Source: an uncultured Alphaproteobacteria bacterium (GTDB taxonomy: Bacteria > Pseudomonadota > Alphaproteobacteria > Sphingomonadales > Sphingomonadaceae). From it: a DNA stretch of 64,000 bases. Under the pieces are notes generated by a model. That model had not been told where the DNA came from, did not search any database, and saw only the letters and a program-made list of their open reading frames with translations. The stretch is taken from the NCBI GenBank assembly GCA_963807815.1, contig CAWECW010000010.1, positions 33,214 to 97,213 on the forward strand. Reading direction: 5' to 3'. Made by a program: the position numbers and the translations under genes. The stretch's first letter is position 1, and every line of letters starts with the position of its first letter. Below, in pieces: positions 33,419 to 44,226 of the stretch.

Positions 33419-34063
33419 TCAGGCGAACGCGAAGTCCACGGCGGTAGGAACCTGGCCGTCGAAGGCATGTTCGCGATAGGGTCCGTCGCGGTCCACCCAG
33501 TGAAGAAAAAGGTGCGCCGACCAGCGATTTGGGTTCGGCACGGTGCGTCCGTGCCTATGGTGCACGCCTTGGTAGAGCACCCCGTCGCCCGGCTTCATCC
33601 CAACCGATGCGAAATCCGCGAGAAGAAGCTTTCATCCACCTTTGCTGAGGGATCGGTCCGAGCGGGTTCGACCTGCAGGTCCCAATTCCTTCCATCGCTA
33701 TAGCCGAGCGTGAGCGAAAGACTGTGCTCGCACGAATAGCGGTCGGAATGGACTCTGCAGACGTCGCCCTCGCGAGAAGATTTCGCAGGTAGTCGTAGGT
33801 CGGAAGCAGATCCTTGCCGACGATTTGGGAAATGACGGGGGTCAATCCCCATAGGAAGAAGGCCATCGGAGTGTAGTGATGACCGTAAACTCGAAGGCAG
33901 GACGGGCGAGAAGGTTGGGGTACTGCGTGACCCCGCTAAGGTTCACGGGACGGGGGCCGAGATCCGCTTTCAGACGCTCAAGAAAGGCCGCGCAAATCTC
34001 CGGCGGAACCAGGCCTTCCACCTTTGCATAACCGTCCGTCCAATAATTCTCCGCTTGCTGCAT
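33419..34063 (-). CDS. Putative 2OG-Fe(II) dioxygenase (frameshifted)
   Basis: LLPTYDY.R..REGD..RVHSDR.SCEHSLSL...PGDGVLYQG..HRHGR...HLFLHWV (HxD...H..R). Confidence 0.7.
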
Positions 34064-34192
34064 ACCCTAAGGATATCGTTCGAGCCGATGTCTCGCAATA
34101 CCTGAAGAAGCGGCCCGGGCAGGCAGTCCGGGCCGCTTCGACTCCACCGACAGGGGCGCATCTCCGCTCGTCGAGAGAAGCGCTAGGGTACA

Positions 34193-34217
34193 AACCCATC
34201 ACCTAACTCTCTGTTCC
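34193..34217 (-). promoter_or_regulatory. Putative EcfG (sigmaT) promoter, leftward
   Basis: GGAAC-N16-GGTT. Confidence 0.45.
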
Positions 34218-34243
34218 TACGGCTGTTTTCGATATTTTTCGTC

Positions 34244-34268
34244 GGAACGCCGGAACCGAACGCACGTT
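34244..34268 (+). promoter_or_regulatory. EcfG (sigmaT) general stress promoter
   Basis: GGAAC-N16-CGTT, 31 nt before the DUF4142 ATG. Confidence 0.7.
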
Positions 34269-34299
34269 TTGCGCGCACCAAAAGGGATGGAGAGTGATA

Positions 34300-34878
34300 A
34301 TGCGTTTCAAATCTTTTCTTCTGACTTTTGCCTTGCCGGTTGCGCTGGGTGCGTGCGGCCAAGGCGGCAGCGAGGAACCCGTCGCGACCGAAGTCCAACA
34401 GCATGATGGAGTCGGAGAATATCGCGCTTGGAAACGAGGGCGTCAGTCGCCTCCTCGGGCGCCCAGGACTTCGTCAACAAGGCCGCCGCGAGCGACCGGT
34501 TCGAGATTGAATCGTCCCGACTGGCCGAAACATCCGCCACCTCCCCCGCGGTCAAGGAATTCGCCGCCATGATGATCAAGGCGCACACGGATTTGACCGC
34601 GAAGCTCAAATCGACCCTCGCCAGCAACCCCTCCGGATGTCACCGTCAACGACGCCCTCAATGCCGAGCAGCAGGCGCAGCTCGACGAACTGAAAACCAA
34701 GAAGGGCGCCGACTTCGACACCGCCTACGCCGCCGCCCAGGTCGGCGGTCATGAGAAGACGCTGGCGGAGCTCAGGAACTACGCGTCGAACGGCGACAAT
34801 GACGCGCTGAAGACCTTTGCGCAGGACCTTGTCCCGATCGTCACGGACCACCTCAACCAGGCGAAGAAGCTGAAATAG
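34300..34878 (+). CDS. DUF4142 domain lipoprotein (frameshifted)
   Basis: Lipobox LGAC; FVNKAAASDRFEIESSRLA...FAAMMIKAH...FDTAY...H. Confidence 0.85.
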
Positions 34879-34907
34879 AATTCAGCCCTGCAAGTGCGAG
34901 CGGTTCA

Positions 34908-35126
34908 GTGAACGTCGAAATGCTGCTCCCATGGAGCGTGCACCCCGGATCCCGCCGCGATGGGCTCGGCGGCGCATTGCGAAGAGCGATCCAGGCCGAA
35001 ACGAGCATCCCGGGCGACCTTCTCGGGCTGCTCGCGGAGCTCAGAACCAAGGAGAGAGGAACGGAACATGCCAAGAGAGTTGATCGACACCGGAAACGAC
35101 AAGCGCTTCGTCCGGCGCGACTTTGA
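34908..35126 (+). CDS. NepR-like small protein (putative anti-sigma or PhyR-binding paralog)
   Basis: RRDGLGGALRRAIQAETSIPGDLLGLLAEL resembles the NepR core (G.ALR...IP.D.L.LL..L). Confidence 0.45.
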   Translation: MNVEMLLPWSVHPGSRRDGLGGALRRAIQAETSIPGDLLGLLAELRTKERGTEHAKRVDRHRKRQALRPARL

Positions 35127-35235
35127 AGGACAGTTCAAGGAGTCCGACGACGTCGGCCGTAGCCTGGCCCAGGATCAGAAGCGGGATTCGAAAACCCGGC
35201 CCAAAAGAGGCGAAGGCGACAAGGGAGACCGCTGA
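35068..35235 (+). CDS. Small hydrophilic stress protein
   Basis: RBS; MPRELIDTGNDKRFVRRD..GQFKESDDVGRSLAQD...GEGDKGD. Confidence 0.7.
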   Translation: MPRELIDTGNDKRFVRRDFEGQFKESDDVGRSLAQDQKRDSKTRPKRGEGDKGDR

Positions 35236-35429
35236 TGGTGGGCAATCAGCAACCGGCCTCCCGCCCCGACGGCGAGAATCAGTCCGGCGAGTCCGGCGGC
35301 GGCCCCTACCCCAATCCCCACAGCGGCAAGGACAACCCCGACTTCAAAGGCGGAGGCTCCGACCACAGCTACTACGGTGGAGGCCGGGATGATGAGGAGA
35401 ATGAGAACGCCGTGACGAAGGAGGGGTGA
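35235..35429 (+). CDS. Small Gly/acidic hydrophilic protein
   Basis: TGATG coupling to the previous gene; GESGGGPYPNPHSG. Confidence 0.6.
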   Translation: MVGNQQPASRPDGENQSGESGGGPYPNPHSGKDNPDFKGGGSDHSYYGGGRDDEENENAVTKEG

Positions 35430-35444
35430 AAGACCGTCGCGACG

Positions 35445-36370
35445 CTACAGCAGCTCCGGTGCCTGAACGTGCCAGGTGATGGGGATGTTGGCGACGGAGT
35501 TGGCGTAATTGTCGGCGAACCCGCCGTCGGCCTCACCCAGCCAGTCGACGATCAGGCCATTGTCGTTGCGCCACAGGATGTCGTCGCGCCCGTCGCCGTT
35601 GAAGTCGCCGATGCTCGCGACCTGCCAGGTCGTCGGGATGTTGACGACGGAGTTGGTGTAATTGTCGGCTAAACCGCCGTTGGCCTGGGCCAGCCAGTTG
35701 ACCACAGGCCTTGCGTTGCGCCAGAGGATGTCGTCGCGGCCATCGCCGTTGAAGTCGCCAACGCCTTCGATCTGCCAGTTGGTCGGGATATTGACGATCG
35801 AGTTGGCGTAATTGTCGGCGAAGCCGCCGTCGGCCTTGCCCAGCCAGTCGATGGTCAGGCCATTGGCTTCGCGCCACAGGATGTCGTCGCGGCCATCGCC
35901 GTTGAAGTCGCCGACGGCGGCAACCGACCAGTTGGTCGGGATGTTGACGACCGAGTTGGCGTAATTGTCGGCAAAGCCGCCGTCGGCCTCGCCAAGCCAG
36001 TTGATCGTCAGGCCGCTCCCATTGCGCCACAGGATGTCGTCGCGGCCATCGCCGTTGAAGTCGCCGACGCCTTCGACATTCCAGGCCGTCGGAACGCCGG
36101 CGAGCGCGTTGGCATCGTTGTCTGCCACCCGCCGGCGGCAGTGCCGAGCCAATTGGTGGTCTGCCCGGTGTTCGCGCGCCAAAGGACATCGTCGCGGCCG
36201 TCGCCGTTGAAATCACCGGTGCCGGCGACCTGCCAGGCCGACGAGATGTTCACGGCCAGAGCATTGGAGTCGTTTGCAACAAACCCGCCGATGGCCTTTC
36301 CGAGCCAATTGCTGATCAAGCCGCTGTCGCTCCGCCAGAGAACGTCGCTGCGCCCGTCACCGTTGAAGTC
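35445..36370 (-). repeat. Six ~153-bp (51-aa) FG-GAP/VCBS-like tandem coding repeats
   Basis: GCCGTTGAAGTC-type core recurs every ~153 bp; the last units are near-identical to 38208-39130. Confidence 0.9.
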
Positions 36371-37949
36371 ATTTCGGGCATCGGCATCGACGCCCGTCTG
36401 GCCGGCTTGGATGGTAATCTGCACTCCGCCGCCCGCCGCGGCGCTGGCAACGACCGTGCCGTCGACAGGCTCGCCCCCGCTCAAATACAGCGTGCGCCCG
36501 TTGTAGATGAGAGCGCTATTGTTATCGGTCATGCTGAAGGTGAAGCTGGCGAGGCTCGCATCGGTGAAAATGATCCTGTCGCCAGCCGAAAAGTCGTAGA
36601 TCCGGTCGGAGTTGAAGTTGAGCAATGTGTCGCGGAACGTGTCGTTGCCGCTGCCTCCGGTCATCTGGTCGCTGCCCGAATTTCCGGAGAGGATATCGTC
36701 GCCGCCGCCGCCGAAGAGCTGGTCGAAGCCGCCATTGCCAATGAGAACATTGCTCACGGCGTTGCCGACAATCACGTCTTCGCCGCTGCCGCCGGTGGCA
36801 TTCTCAATGATGACTCCAAGGGCGATGCTGACATTCCCGACTTCGCCGAGGATGTTCGAGAACGTGCCTGGATTGAGGTCGATGCGGTTGGTGCCGCCGA
36901 TGCCGGAAACGTCGATCGTATCCAACCCGCCGCTGTCGAACAGGCAGAGTGCCCCCATGCTGTTGCTCCAGCCGGCGCCGTAGACGGTGTTGCCGGCCCG
37001 GGTCGTCGTCGACAGGCCGTATAGGTCCGCCATTGCGGCGATGTCGGCGATCATGGGCGTCGTGACGTAATTGCGGGCGAAGCCGAGGCCCTCGAAATAG
37101 GTGTTCTCGGTCTGGCTGAAGTAGGACATGACCGTCGTCGCCCAGCTGTCGTTCTGGAAGAGCGCATCGGACGGATACGACGCTTCGCCGTTGTAATTGC
37201 CCGCGTGGCCCAGTCCCAGCGCATGGCCGACTTCGTGGATGTAGGTCTGGAAAGAATAGGTGTTCAGGCCGGTGCCGTAGTCCGAAAGCCAGTCGGTGCT
37301 GACGTTCACATTTGAGGACGTGATGAAGCTTCCCGAATAGCTTGATTCGGCGAAGGCGCCTTCCTCATCGTCGTCGAAGACGATCTGGCCGCCACTCGTC
37401 ACCGAAACGAAGTTGACCCCAATGATGTCGGTCCAGGTGGAAAGCGCCGCGAGCGCGAGACTGCGGCCGTCGGCGGTCAACGCGGTCAGATTGACGGTGA
37501 TCTGCCCGCCGGCAGAAACATTGAACCGATGCGCCGTGCCGCCCCAATACCCAGACGTAAGCTGGTCGGCGATCTGATCGTACGTCCAGACGGACGGCGG
37601 AGACGTAGGTGGTGACGCTCAGCTGATACTGGCCGGCATAATCTTCATTCCATGCGCCGACATCGATGTAATAGGTTCCGCTGGTCGTAGCCGTGAAGTT
37701 GAGGCGGGAGTCGCGGTTGACGCCGCTCGAGATGTCGTCGTTCTCATCGACAAGCGTGCCAGAGGCATTGCGAATTCGCAGGTACGGATCTTCAAGCGTC
37801 GTTCCGTTCAGCGTAATCGTGACCGTTTGCCCGGCTTCAAGCGTGATCCGGAACCAGTCGTGATCCCCGACGACCTCCAGGGAATCGGTGACGGTGCCGC
37901 CGACGACAATGCCCACGGTCGTCGAGCTGTTTCCCGGAATGTCCACCAT
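35445..37949 (-). CDS. Serralysin-like M10 metallopeptidase with PPC domain, RTX repeats and 6 C-terminal FG-GAP repeats
   Basis: PPC (GDHDWFRI...DPYL), HEVGHALGLGH, Met-turn VMSY, IENATGGSG, GGxGxD, GDFNGDGRDDILWR repeats. Confidence 0.88.
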
Positions 37950-38207
37950 GCCCAATCCCCCACGCCTGGAAGGTCAGCGCACAGCGCTCAATTCCAAGGC
38001 GTCCCAAACCGGTGGCTGCTTCGCCACTGAAACTCTATTGATATCCGTAGCTTAATAAATGCTGCACGCTGCGGCTAAGCGACTGAAATCGCTATCGCTC
38101 GTCCCGCAAACACAGAGCCACTTAGCATCTTTTCAGTCGCATGCTCGAATTCAATTCGAGCTTGTTGCAGAGCCGGAGACCGCGCGGCCGGGTCAGTCGC
38201 GGCGACG

Positions 38208-39130
38208 CTACAGCAGCTCCGGCGCCTGAACGTGCCAGGTGGTGGGGATGTTGGTGACGGAGTTGGCGTAATTGTCGGCGAACCCTCCATCGGCCTCACC
38301 CAGCCAGTCGACGATCAGGCCGGTGTCGTTGCGCCACAGAACATCGTCGCGTCCATCGCCGTTGAAGTCGCCGATGCTCGCCACCTGCCAGTCGTCGGGA
38401 TGCGACCACGGAGTTGGTGTAATTGTCGGCGAAGCCGCCATTGGCCTGGGCCAGCCAGTTGACCACCAGCCATTGTCGTTGCGCCAGAGGATGTCGTCGC
38501 GCCCATCGCCGTTGAAGTCGCCAACGCCTTCGATCTGCCAGTTGGTCGGATATTGACGATCGAGTTGGTGTAATTGTCGGCAAAGCCGCCGTCCGCCTCG
38601 CCAAGCCAGTCGATGGTCAGGCCATCGGCTTCCGCCACAGGATGTCGTCGCGGCCATCGCCGTTGAAGTCGCCCACTGCGGCAACCGACCAGTTGGTCGG
38701 GATGTTGACCACCGAGTTGGCGTAATTGTCGGCAAAGCCGCCGTCGGCCTCGCCAAGCCAGTTGATCGTCAGGCCGCTCTCATCGCGCCACAGGATGTCG
38801 TCCCGCCCGTCGCCGTTGAAGTCGCCGATCCCCTGGACCTGCCAGTTGGTCGGGATGTTGACGAGGCGAGTTGAGGTAATTGTCGGCAAAGCCGCCGTCG
38901 GCCTCGCCCAGCCAGTTATGTCAGGCCGTTGTCGTGCCGCCACAGGATGTCGTCGCGGCCATCGCCGTTGAAGTCGCCAAGGCCGTCGACCTGCCACTCG
39001 GTCGGGATGTTGATGACCGAGTTGCTGTAATTGTCGGCAAAGCCGCCGTTGGCCTGGCCCAGCCAGTCGATCGTCAGGCCATCGTCGTGCCGCCACAGGA
39101 TGTCGCTCCGGCCGTCGCCGTTGAAGTCGT
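38208..39130 (-). repeat. Six ~153-bp FG-GAP-like tandem coding repeats (second copy)
   Basis: Same unit GDFNGDGRDDILWR...WLG.A.GGFADNY.NS.VNIPT.W. Confidence 0.9.
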
Positions 39131-40600
39131 TGCGGGCGTCGGGAAATCGCATTTGCCTGGATGACAGTTGCACGCCGCCGCCTGCTGCCGCGCTGGCGAC
39201 AAGCGTGCCGTGATAGGCGCAGTGCAGCGTCAGCGAACCGCCCGTGTAGGTCAGCGTGTTGCCGGTCAGGCTGAATGTGAAGTCGGCCAGCCGTGGCATT
39301 GGTGACGATGATCGTGTCGCCGGCCGAAGTCCGTGATCGTGTCGCCGTTGAAGCTCACGGCGGTGTCGAGGAAGATGTCGCTGCCGGAGCCGCCGGTCAG
39401 TGTGTCCACGCCGCCGTTACCGGAAATCGTGTCGTCACCAAGACCGCCGTCGATGATGTCGTTTCCGCCGAACCAGTCGGGATTGGCGAGGAACGTCGGT
39501 GCGGCGTTAGCGTCCAGATCGAAAGTTCCATCGCCGGCGAGAATGTCGCTGCCTGCGCCGCCGCTGAGTGTGTCATTTCCTTGGCCGCCGGCCAGGATGT
39601 TCGCATTGGCGTCGCCGGTCAGTTCGTCGGCACCCCACCATCCGCCAAAATTCTCGATGTTGGAGAGGGTCCAAGCGCCAACGCCCGTCTGCTGTGCCTG
39701 GCCCTGAAGCAGAAGCGAGACCGTAATTCCGTCTGCCGTGTAGGCAGGTTCAAATGCCAGATCGAGAATTTCGATCGTGTCATTGCCGGTCCCCCCATCG
39801 ACGATCTTGTTGCCAAGCCCGACAGTGAAATAATCGTTGCCGCCGTTGCCGTAGAGATTGTCGCTGCCGTTGAACGTCCAGAACCAATTGTCCGCGGCGT
39901 TGCCGGTGAGCGTATCGTCGCCGTAGGTCGCCGTTACGTGCTCGATCGATACGAGGGTGTCGCTGCCGTAGCCGGTGGCTTGTGCGCCTGCCTGGTTCAG
40001 GTCGACGGTGACGCCTGGACCGAAGTCCAGATAGTAACTGACGCGGTCATTGCCCGAGCCGCCGTCGTACAGATCATTCCCGAAAGGCCCTACGTCGCCG
40101 GCAAATTCGGCGAGAAGGTCGTTCCCAGCACCGCCATAAAGCTGATCCGAGCCGGTACCGCCACGAAGCGTATCGTTACCCTCGAGCCCAGTGACTACGT
40201 CGTCGCCGCCGAATCCCTGCAGTACGTCGTTGCCGCTGCTTCCCTGAACCGTATCGGCCCCCGCAAGGACCTGGCTGAACAGCCCTTCGAGATCGTCCGC
40301 CAACGCGAAATTCGTAAACGCTTGAACGCTGATCGAGATCTCGGTGACGGTGAACAGCGTCGTGCCGTTCAGTCGGTATGAGATGCTGGTGATCGTGCCC
40401 GTGGTCGGATAGCCGTCGACGTAATTGCCGAAGGTACCGTTGAGCGTCAGCTGCTCGTCGGCCGTCTCATCCGAGTATTCGACGACCAGAGTGCTTCCTG
40501 TCCCAACAGTGACAGTCCCCAATTCAAAGAAGTCAGAAATGGAAGCGTTGGCCAGGAAATAGCCAAGATCGAACGCAGGACCAAACTCGTAACGCGACAT
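38208..40600 (-). CDS. RTX calcium-binding protein with 6 C-terminal FG-GAP repeats
   Basis: Many GGxGxD nonapeptides, no Sec signal, same C-terminus WHVQAPELL* as its neighbour. Confidence 0.85.
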
Positions 40601-40710
40601 GACACCCCCCTAGGCACAAATCACTATATCCATGGTTATCGCAAATGCGACTGCGGCGGAGGACCGCAGTTCATGTTGTGCCCCGGCAATGACTTTGCGT
40701 CAACTACCCC

Positions 40711-40733
40711 ATGGTTAGATAATTCCTAACCAT
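40711..40733. promoter_or_regulatory. Perfect palindrome upstream of the RTX gene (CtrA-box-like spacing)
   Basis: ATGGTTAG-N7-CTAACCAT. Confidence 0.45.
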
Positions 40734-40821
40734 TCGGAGCAGACGAAGTCGCGTGGCGCCGCTGTTTGAGAAAGCTTAGCTAGCCAATCCTATTAGACGC
40801 AAATTCCTGACCGTTTGCAAT

Positions 40822-42007
40822 TCATGGGCTCGAAAGCCCGAACTGCTCTGAATAGTAACGATGGCCGACATGGTCGGATGAGCTTGCGATGCGCGCCATT
40901 CGCACCTCCCTGTGTCCGGCAGGGCCATACCGAGGACGTCGTAGATGCGCCGCACCTGCCCTCGCCAGTCGGCGTTCATCGCCGCGTAGTCGACCGGCAA
41001 GACGAGCGTAGACGGCTGCCGCTGCGCGAGGGTCAGTTGCGCTCTCTCCTGCCGCAAATCCGTCTTGCGCTGCCATTCGCGTCCGACGCGGACCGGATCG
41101 GCCCTGTCGGATTGTACGCGCTGCTGGTTCCAGACGAGCGACGCGCTCGACGCTACGACGGTGTCCACGTCGCGCTTCATCCACAAAATCCGCGCGCCCG
41201 GAAAAGCCTCCAGCACGGCGTGGAGGTCCTGCATGAATTGTGGCGCTTTCAGCAGCACCGTCCGGTCCGGCGGCTCGCCTCGCCGCCAGCAGAGGGTCTG
41301 CACCAGCTGGCGGAACTCACGATAGACGGGCCGCAGCTCCCGCCCTTCGCACCAGCGGCAAACGCCGGCACGTTCCACTGCGCCTCGAACATCGCTCCGT
41401 GCAGCGAGAAGCCATGCAGCCCAAACTCCTCTTCGGGCGCCAGCGCCGAGCTGGGTGAATTTTGTGCAGCTCCGGATTGCAGACGTTGAGCAGCCCCCGC
41501 ACCGCGCTGGCGAACGCCACACCCTGGAACCGGCCAGCCGGCAGCGGCTGCAAAGTCTCATGCAGACGAGTGAAGGCGAAGCGCGGATCGCAGGCGAGCA
41601 GCCGGTGCAGGCGGTCGTCCCCGACCGCATGTGGCCAAGGACGATGACCGGCGCATCGATCGGCCGGTGGAGGATTTCCGGACGGCTGCGCCACAGTCGC
41701 GCGGCGCGAATCCGTCCGAGCATTCGCACCAGCAATCCATGGGCAATTGTCCGACCCAATGGGTTGAGCGCGGCGCTGCGCTGAAGGTCGCCGGTCAGCC
41801 GGTAGAGCGCATCCTCCCAGCAGCCGTTTCGAGCTCGCCGCGCTCCCGGCGCATCGCCGCGGCGGCGAGCTCACCGGCATCGAGGCTCGGCTCCTGCGAC
41901 AATCCGCTGCTCCAGGCGTGCCGCAATGCGCGGTTGAGAAACTTGACGCGCGGAAGGTCTTCGTCGGATTTGTGGCCTGGGACTGTGGCAATCAACGCGG
42001 CTGGCAC
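40822..42007 (-). CDS. Sulfotransferase (Sulfotransfer_3; frameshifted)
   Basis: PVIVLGHMRSGTTRLHRLLACDP, EEEFG, VLLKAPQF, FPGARILWMKRD. Confidence 0.82.
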
Positions 42008-42425
42008 CGGCTCTTCCCGAATTGGAAAATTGGACTGCCTCGCTAAACGGTCCGCACGCCTCCGGTATCCTACCGCGCCGAACCGCTTTGCGGCTTGCGT
42101 TGCGCAACGGCGGCATAGCGCCCATATCGCCCGGGCAAACGTCGCCTGCGGCGGATCGGGGTTACCCCCTCTTCCCTTTCAAGCTTCCTCGCTCGCGCGG
42201 AGCCGATCGCCTCCGTGAAGCAGCCATTTTCGAAGGGAAGCCGCCTTGGTCTCCGCCCACAGCAATATTCATCACCTTCCGCCCACGCTGCGGCTGGTTT
42301 CCGACAATGCGGCGCCACGGATCGCCGGCGTCGCCCGCTTCATTGGCCTGGAGGGCGTGTCGGACTGCGGCGGCAGTCGCCAAAGCGTCGATCTCTCTTC
42401 CATCCGCTTGCTGGCGGAATAGCTC

Positions 42426-42691
42426 TTGGCGAAGGAAGAACTGCTGACCATCGAAGGGGTGATCGACGAGATCTACCGGACGGCCGCTTCGGCGTGATGC
42501 TCGACAACGAGCACCGGATCATCGCCTACACCGCCGGCAAGATGCGGCGTTTCCGCATCCGGTCGGTGGTCGGCGACCGGGTTCATGTCGAGATGACGCC
42601 CTACGATCTGTCCAAGGGCCGCATCATCTTCCGCGAGAAGATCGGCGGCGGCCAGGCCCCGGGCGAAAAGCGGCGGCAGTTTCGCCGCTGA
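42426..42691 (+). CDS. infA: Translation initiation factor IF-1 (paralog type with Arg-rich tail)
   Basis: TTG start AKEELL...[31 protein letters not shown]. Confidence 0.9.
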
Positions 42692-42711
42692 TGGCGCTCC
42701 GACCGCCGTCT

Positions 42712-42935
42712 TTACGGCCGCGAGTGCTGAACGATCTCCACCTCAAGTTCGGCAATAAGCCGGCCTAGCGACGCGGCCGGCAATGCGGCCGTCGTCGACA
42801 GTTCACGCCGTGCGTGAAGCAAAAGGCTGCTCCAATATTTGACAGTGTCCGAGTGAACGCGTTGCCCGCGCAGCCGGCCCGCGCTCCGGACCGCCGAAAT
42901 CAGATTCGCCGGGTGTCCCATGCAATTGCATTCAT
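42712..42935 (-). CDS. Small hypothetical protein (frameshift near the start)
   Basis: RBS GGAGGG plus ATG; ANLISAVRSAGRLRGQRVHSDTVKYW... Confidence 0.45.
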
Positions 42936-42953
42936 ATCCCTCCAGCAAGCGGC

Positions 42954-43187
42954 CTAAGCCCGCAGTACGAATCCCCAGCCCGGTCCATGCCGCTGATTTT
43001 CTGCGTCCTCTTTCATCAGGTTCGACTTGAGCTTGGTGCGGATTTGCGCGGCGCCATCGACGCTCATGCAAACCAGGCGGACACCGCCTGTCGGTATGTT
43101 CGCGATCGACGAAATTCCGATGTTCTGCGCGGAGCAATGGGCCTCAATGGCCTGCTTGGACATCTTCAGATGTACGGCCCGGCTCAA
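42954..43187 (-). CDS. Small hypothetical protein
   Basis: TTG start SRAVHL...HC..IGISSIANIPTGGVRLVCMS.DGA. Confidence 0.6.
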   Translation of the reverse strand: MSRAVHLKMSKQAIEAHCSAQNIGISSIANIPTGGVRLVCMSVDGAAQIRTKLKSNLMKEDAENQRHGPGWGFVLRA

Positions 43188-43511
43188 CTGCGCACCGCCC
43201 GCTTCGCGCCGGCATGGCTTTCGATGAGGGAAAATATGGTCATCTGTCACTCCTGCTGGGCAAGCGGGAGCGCTACCTCTCGATCGCGAGCGTCTTGCGG
43301 AAGCAGGCTCGCGGTACCGAGCAGGTAGCACGTCACCGAAGCGGAAGCGAACGCCAACACTTACAATTGCTGCGCAACCAACCTATGTAGGCTTGGCTAT
43401 TGGTCGCAAACTGCGGGTCTTCCAGGCGCTTTGCGGCTCCTCATTCCTTCTCTTCGCTTCTTCTGGCACCGGGAAACCGATTGGCGGTGACCCGAAATGA
43501 AGGAATTGATT

Positions 43512-43718
43512 ATGCCGACAGGCACCGTGAAATTTTTCAATGAGCAAAAGGGTTATGGCTTCATCGCGCCGGAAGGCGGCGGAGAGGACGCCTTTGTTCA
43601 CATCAGCGCCGTCGAGCGTGCCGGCATGTCGACCCTGCAGAAGGAGCAGCGTGTCAGCTACGAACTCGAGAAGGACCAGCGCGGCAAGACCAGCGCGGTC
43701 AATCTGCAGAGCGCGTAA
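43512..43718 (+). CDS. cspA: Cold-shock protein
   Basis: GTVKFFNEQKGYGFI, DAFVHISAV. Confidence 0.95.
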   Translation: MPTGTVKFFNEQKGYGFIAPEGGGEDAFVHISAVERAGMSTLQKEQRVSYELEKDQRGKTSAVNLQSA

Positions 43719-43780
43719 TTTCATTGACCCTCCAGTCCGTTGTCTTCGGGCGGCGGGCCGGCGGTTGCAGGAGGCTGACA

Positions 43781-44023
43781 ATGGTTGACCCGGTACGCCA
43801 TCGGGAACTCGATGCTTATCTGGCCCGCGCCGAAGAAGCGCGCGCCGAGGCCGACGCCGCCACACTTGAAAATGTGCGTGAGCGCTGCCTCAGATCCGAA
43901 GCCGCCTGGAGAGAAATGGCGGCTCGGGTCACACAAACCGAAAAGATGCGGGCAACCTCCCTCGCCGCCAAGCAGGCGGCGAAAGCAGCGTCCTCGCAAC
44001 ATGAATTGAGTAAGAATGAGTAA
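43781..44023 (+). CDS. Small helical hypothetical protein
   Basis: RBS GGAGG; YLARAEEARAEADAATLENVRERCLRSEAAW. Confidence 0.7.
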   Translation: MVDPVRHRELDAYLARAEEARAEADAATLENVRERCLRSEAAWREMAARVTQTEKMRATSLAAKQAAKAASSQHELSKNE

Positions 44024-44026
44024 AGA

Positions 44027-44176
44027 ATGAACAAATTGAAGATTTTTGACACCAATGTCCGCCAGCAATGCGCGGATCATCTTTCCACTCCATCCCTTTT
44101 TCGCCTGCTGTCGCGGCGCGAAGCGAACCGGGCGCGGGCCATCGCCTACGAAGCGGCAAGAGCGGTCGTCGGGTAG
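44027..44176 (+). CDS. Possible 49-aa peptide
   Basis: ATG 3 nt after the previous stop; MNKLKIFDTNV...RARAIAYEAARAVVG*. Confidence 0.35.
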   Translation: MNKLKIFDTNVRQQCADHLSTPSLFRLLSRREANRARAIAYEAARAVVG

Positions 44177-44226
44177 GAATTTCAGAAGCGAGGATTCAGC
44201 CTCGCCTCGCAGGAGCGACAGGTCAG

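Noticed and set aside
35445-39130. Regular ~153-bp periodic repeats as a CRISPR array or DGR template/variable repeat
   Set aside because: They are in-frame protein-coding repeats with no unique spacers and no obvious adenine-specific variation; no cas gene or reverse transcriptase is in the window.
42010-42425. Long intergenic region before infA as a riboswitch or tRNA
   Set aside because: I could not recognise a cloverleaf or known aptamer; an Rfam search would be needed.
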